Origin: Oopsacas minuta
Taxonomy: Eukaryota > Animalia > Porifera
DNA length: 64,000 nt
Direction of reading: 5' to 3'
Assembly: GCA_024704765.1 (NCBI GenBank)
Contig: JAKMXF010000266.1
Location: 62,001-126,000, forward strand
The notes beneath the pieces are model-generated. The model did no database searches. It was given only the letters and a program-made list of their open reading frames with translations, and was not told where the DNA came from. Each line of letters begins with the position of its first letter. Position 1 is the first letter of the stretch. Below are positions 62,201-64,000 of the stretch, one piece after another. The position numbers and the translations under genes were made by a program.

Positions 62201-63962
62201 TAATAAGATTATTTATCCAGTAATATTGTTATATAGAAAAATACATAAATAAATATATTAGTGATAGTTTAAATAATGCAAATTTCTGACGAATTCGCAG
62301 CTGAATCCGGTCTGGGCTATACCTGGGAAGCAGAGTATGAGAAGAGTTGGGAAGCTCTTAAGGAAGATGAGATCGGAGATCTACAGTCGAGTATTGATAA
62401 AATAGTAGCTGACAAGGCATTAGCAAAGAGAAAATTGTTATTACGTCAGCGTCTCCCAAAGAATATTCGTCTGGGTATGACCAGATGTTTGTGCTTAGTA
62501 ATCGACCAATCTAGATGGATGATAGAACGTGACATGAGACCTACACGTCTTGGATGTTGTTGTAAACTAATCCCAGAATTCATTAAACAGTTTTTCTCAC
62601 AAAACCCTGTTTCTCAACTCTCCATTATAGTTAGTAAAGACGGTCGTGCTAGCCTAGCTTCTCCAATGCTAGCTCAGGTCCAAAAACATATTAAATCTGT
62701 TACCGCGTTAAAACCAATAGAATGTTCAGGTGATATTTCCCTACAGAACTCATTAGAAATGTCTATGAGACTTCTTAAACATGTTCCCTCGCATATGAAC
62801 AAGGAAATCCTTGTCATAACAGGCTCTCTCAACACATGCGACCCTGATAACATCAATAATTCAGTACAAAAAGCCATTGATGAAGGTATAAGATGTTCAA
62901 TTATATCTCTAGCAGCTGAAGTATTCATTTTCAAACACGTAGCAAAAAGTACACAAGGTTCTTATGACGTGTGTATTGATGAAAACCATTTCAGAGATCT
63001 TTTACTTTATCATACAAATCCACCTCCTTCAAAACCTGGCCATGAAGCTTCGCTTATTAAAATGGGTTTCCCAATTTACACTGTAGAGTCACAACCTGCA
63101 TTATGCTTGTGTCATATTAGTCAAAATTTATCAGATATAGAATTGCTATCCAAACCTACGTATTCATGTCCACAATGTGCTAGTAAATACTGTGAAGTAC
63201 CGATAGAATGTAAAGGATGTGGACTTCCGCTCGTATCAGCCTCGCATCTAGCTCGTTCATACCAACATTTATTCCCCGTGCCTCCATTCGAGGAGAGAGA
63301 ATTCGACACAAATTGGATTCAAGCTGTGAATTGCGCAGCTTGTGGAGTCCCGTTTAGTAATAAACAAAAATTGTTTACTTGTACTCAATGCAGTAATAGC
63401 TATTGTATAGATTGTGATATCTATATACACGAGACATTGCATTCATGTCCTGATTGTGTCAATTTACATTAATTCTAATTCTATTATTTATGTTTATCTT
63501 GAATATTTCATATGTTATCATTCTTAATTTAGGTTTTTAATCGAGTTTATGGAGGCAGGAGGGCCTCTTACTGTTATGGAGATTGTAAAGTCCCGAGAAG
63601 GAAAGGAATCGGATAAAACAGAAGCCTTACGTCTGCTGTTACAAATAATTAACTCTGGTAGACAGTATAAGGAGTTTCTATGTGAAAATGGTGCTATAAG
63701 AGGTATAGCTGAATGTCTGGGAAATAGCGCTAATATTCAAACACAAGAAGCTTGCAAACAGGTCAATAATCCTTTATGATTTATTTGGTAAATTGTATTT
63801 ATTGTGTTTAATAGGTTCTGTATAAACTAGCCATAGGCAACCCGCGTCACAGCTTGAAGGTGTACACAGCCTTGGTAGCACTGCTACAAGCTAGGAGTCC
63901 TTCTGCACAAAAGCTAGCTGCTTCTACTCTAAGGAAAATACACCCAACTTTAGATCCTATAG
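59247..63962 (+). CDS. ARMH1: Armadillo-like helical domain protein ARMH1 (C1orf228), 3'-partial; exons 59247-59512, 63533-63761, 63815-63962; first intron hosts 3 genes
   Basis: Exon 1 EWDRG...GMTAPELEQKFKLGASLFLARITSWLRL...TANGTR joins in phase 2 to FLIEFMEAGG...NSGRQYKEFLCENGAIRGIAE and then GNPRHSLKVYTALVALL. Confidence 0.9.
59960..61414 (+). CDS. TBCEL: Tubulin-folding cofactor E-like (LRR + C-terminal Ubl, no CAP-Gly), intronless, nested
   Basis: SFYEALVDRY, LRR repeats, IVKLNGS..ERIKSERFTLRY, C-terminal IHEGDQIII. Confidence 0.88.
   Translation: MASSAESDITKIDLNQDNQIPVFQRSTSNNPMSFYEALVDRYLNAHEYQVPSFVHFQIPPIDYESDGCKLGKLRTLVLDKKNIYKAGIPDGGLSKLCPNITLIHLSRNPLKSWSVIESILREFPLLEECNLHRTCFTISPEDLSAISPTIICPKLHTLNLAHTNIGWSEIQHIALQCPNLRDLELVGNSLESISTKALDCLPNIECLNLSLNKIHSWEEVTKLGKLPKLEILHLSNNPISFQNYCTHPSIACNTTSVETIPTEIEFQQQDSTNNETVEPPQIPLFPSLLTLSLAEVNLCKWQELDILAALPVLKNIRLKDLPLASDISQEDRRKIFLSWFPNIVKLNGSTSDVNERIKSERFTLRYFYSLEYKPLFLPRLIKKYGDLKPLIDIDLSFGYKEIIEVEFMYKSKLWRREKITVKQTVKDLIFWLKKELNVPKNSFTVYHLPESADRNSFTDMVELYMSSLPLSRFDIHEGDQIIIT
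61550..62143 (+). CDS. COMMD7: COMM domain protein 7, intronless, nested
   Basis: PKEAQQF, LEWRFGVTTG...VGKIFLQMK, QFYSFLHEMEKAR. ATG 61550. Confidence 0.9.
   Translation: MAQYYFSMGLVDDNFTTAFINLNRLEVDSFSEFLELILVFLSSPKEAQQFISKLEKYAGSLNIPFSAIQLIAKAVLLFFRGCLQKSLSITQIAEDLSNLGLNEDKTRRLTQNWSHSFGIISNVNQQRVLTIHQLTDLEWRFGVTTGNSLASRVGKIFLQMKFKIFTGEIISIEMSIEQFYSFLHEMEKARASIEYLI
62276..63472 (+). CDS. GTF2H2: TFIIH subunit p44/Ssl1, intronless, nested
   Basis: GYTWEAEYEKSWEALKED, vWA domain (QNPVSQL, SLQNSLE, GSLNTCDP), CPQCASKYCEVPIECKGCGLPLVSASHLARSYQHLFP, C-terminal CIDCDIYIHETLHSCPDC. Confidence 0.97.
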   Translation: MQISDEFAAESGLGYTWEAEYEKSWEALKEDEIGDLQSSIDKIVADKALAKRKLLLRQRLPKNIRLGMTRCLCLVIDQSRWMIERDMRPTRLGCCCKLIPEFIKQFFSQNPVSQLSIIVSKDGRASLASPMLAQVQKHIKSVTALKPIECSGDISLQNSLEMSMRLLKHVPSHMNKEILVITGSLNTCDPDNINNSVQKAIDEGIRCSIISLAAEVFIFKHVAKSTQGSYDVCIDENHFRDLLLYHTNPPPSKPGHEASLIKMGFPIYTVESQPALCLCHISQNLSDIELLSKPTYSCPQCASKYCEVPIECKGCGLPLVSASHLARSYQHLFPVPPFEEREFDTNWIQAVNCAACGVPFSNKQKLFTCTQCSNSYCIDCDIYIHETLHSCPDCVNLH

Positions 63963-64000
63963 GTAAGTAAATACTACTTACTAATATGCGAACTACACTT

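Overview
Compact, AT-rich animal genomic DNA in the standard genetic code. Most introns are about 50-90 nt. The gene set (TAOK, TRPM, CatSper, HAP2/GCS1, ARMH1, COMMD7) and the architecture point to a small-genome early-branching metazoan, most likely a glass sponge; this is inference, not a database result. I assembled about 26 protein-coding genes by hand, 21 on + and 5 on -. Genes are mostly either intron-rich or intronless. Seven intronless genes sit inside introns of three hosts, five of them on the host's own strand. The clearest case is one 4,020-nt ARMH1 intron holding a head-to-tail train of TBCEL, COMMD7 and GTF2H2. Four same-strand neighbour pairs have spacers of 128-135 nt, and 16 of 25 start codons have a YAG splice-acceptor-like site within 15 nt upstream. 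Together these suggest operon-like, possibly trans-spliced transcription. Other highlights: a PP4-derived paralog that keeps its exon structure but has lost 4 of 6 metal ligands (candidate pseudophosphatase); HAP2 and CatSper4 head-to-head across 168 bp; a secreted trypsin-fold protein lacking all three catalytic residues; a Maf/CNC-like bZIP with a degenerate basic region; and an unidentified 115-nt hairpin with two alternative folds. No CRISPR array, rRNA, tRNA or recognisable transposon was seen. All annotations come from manual translation and motif recall, with no searches run.
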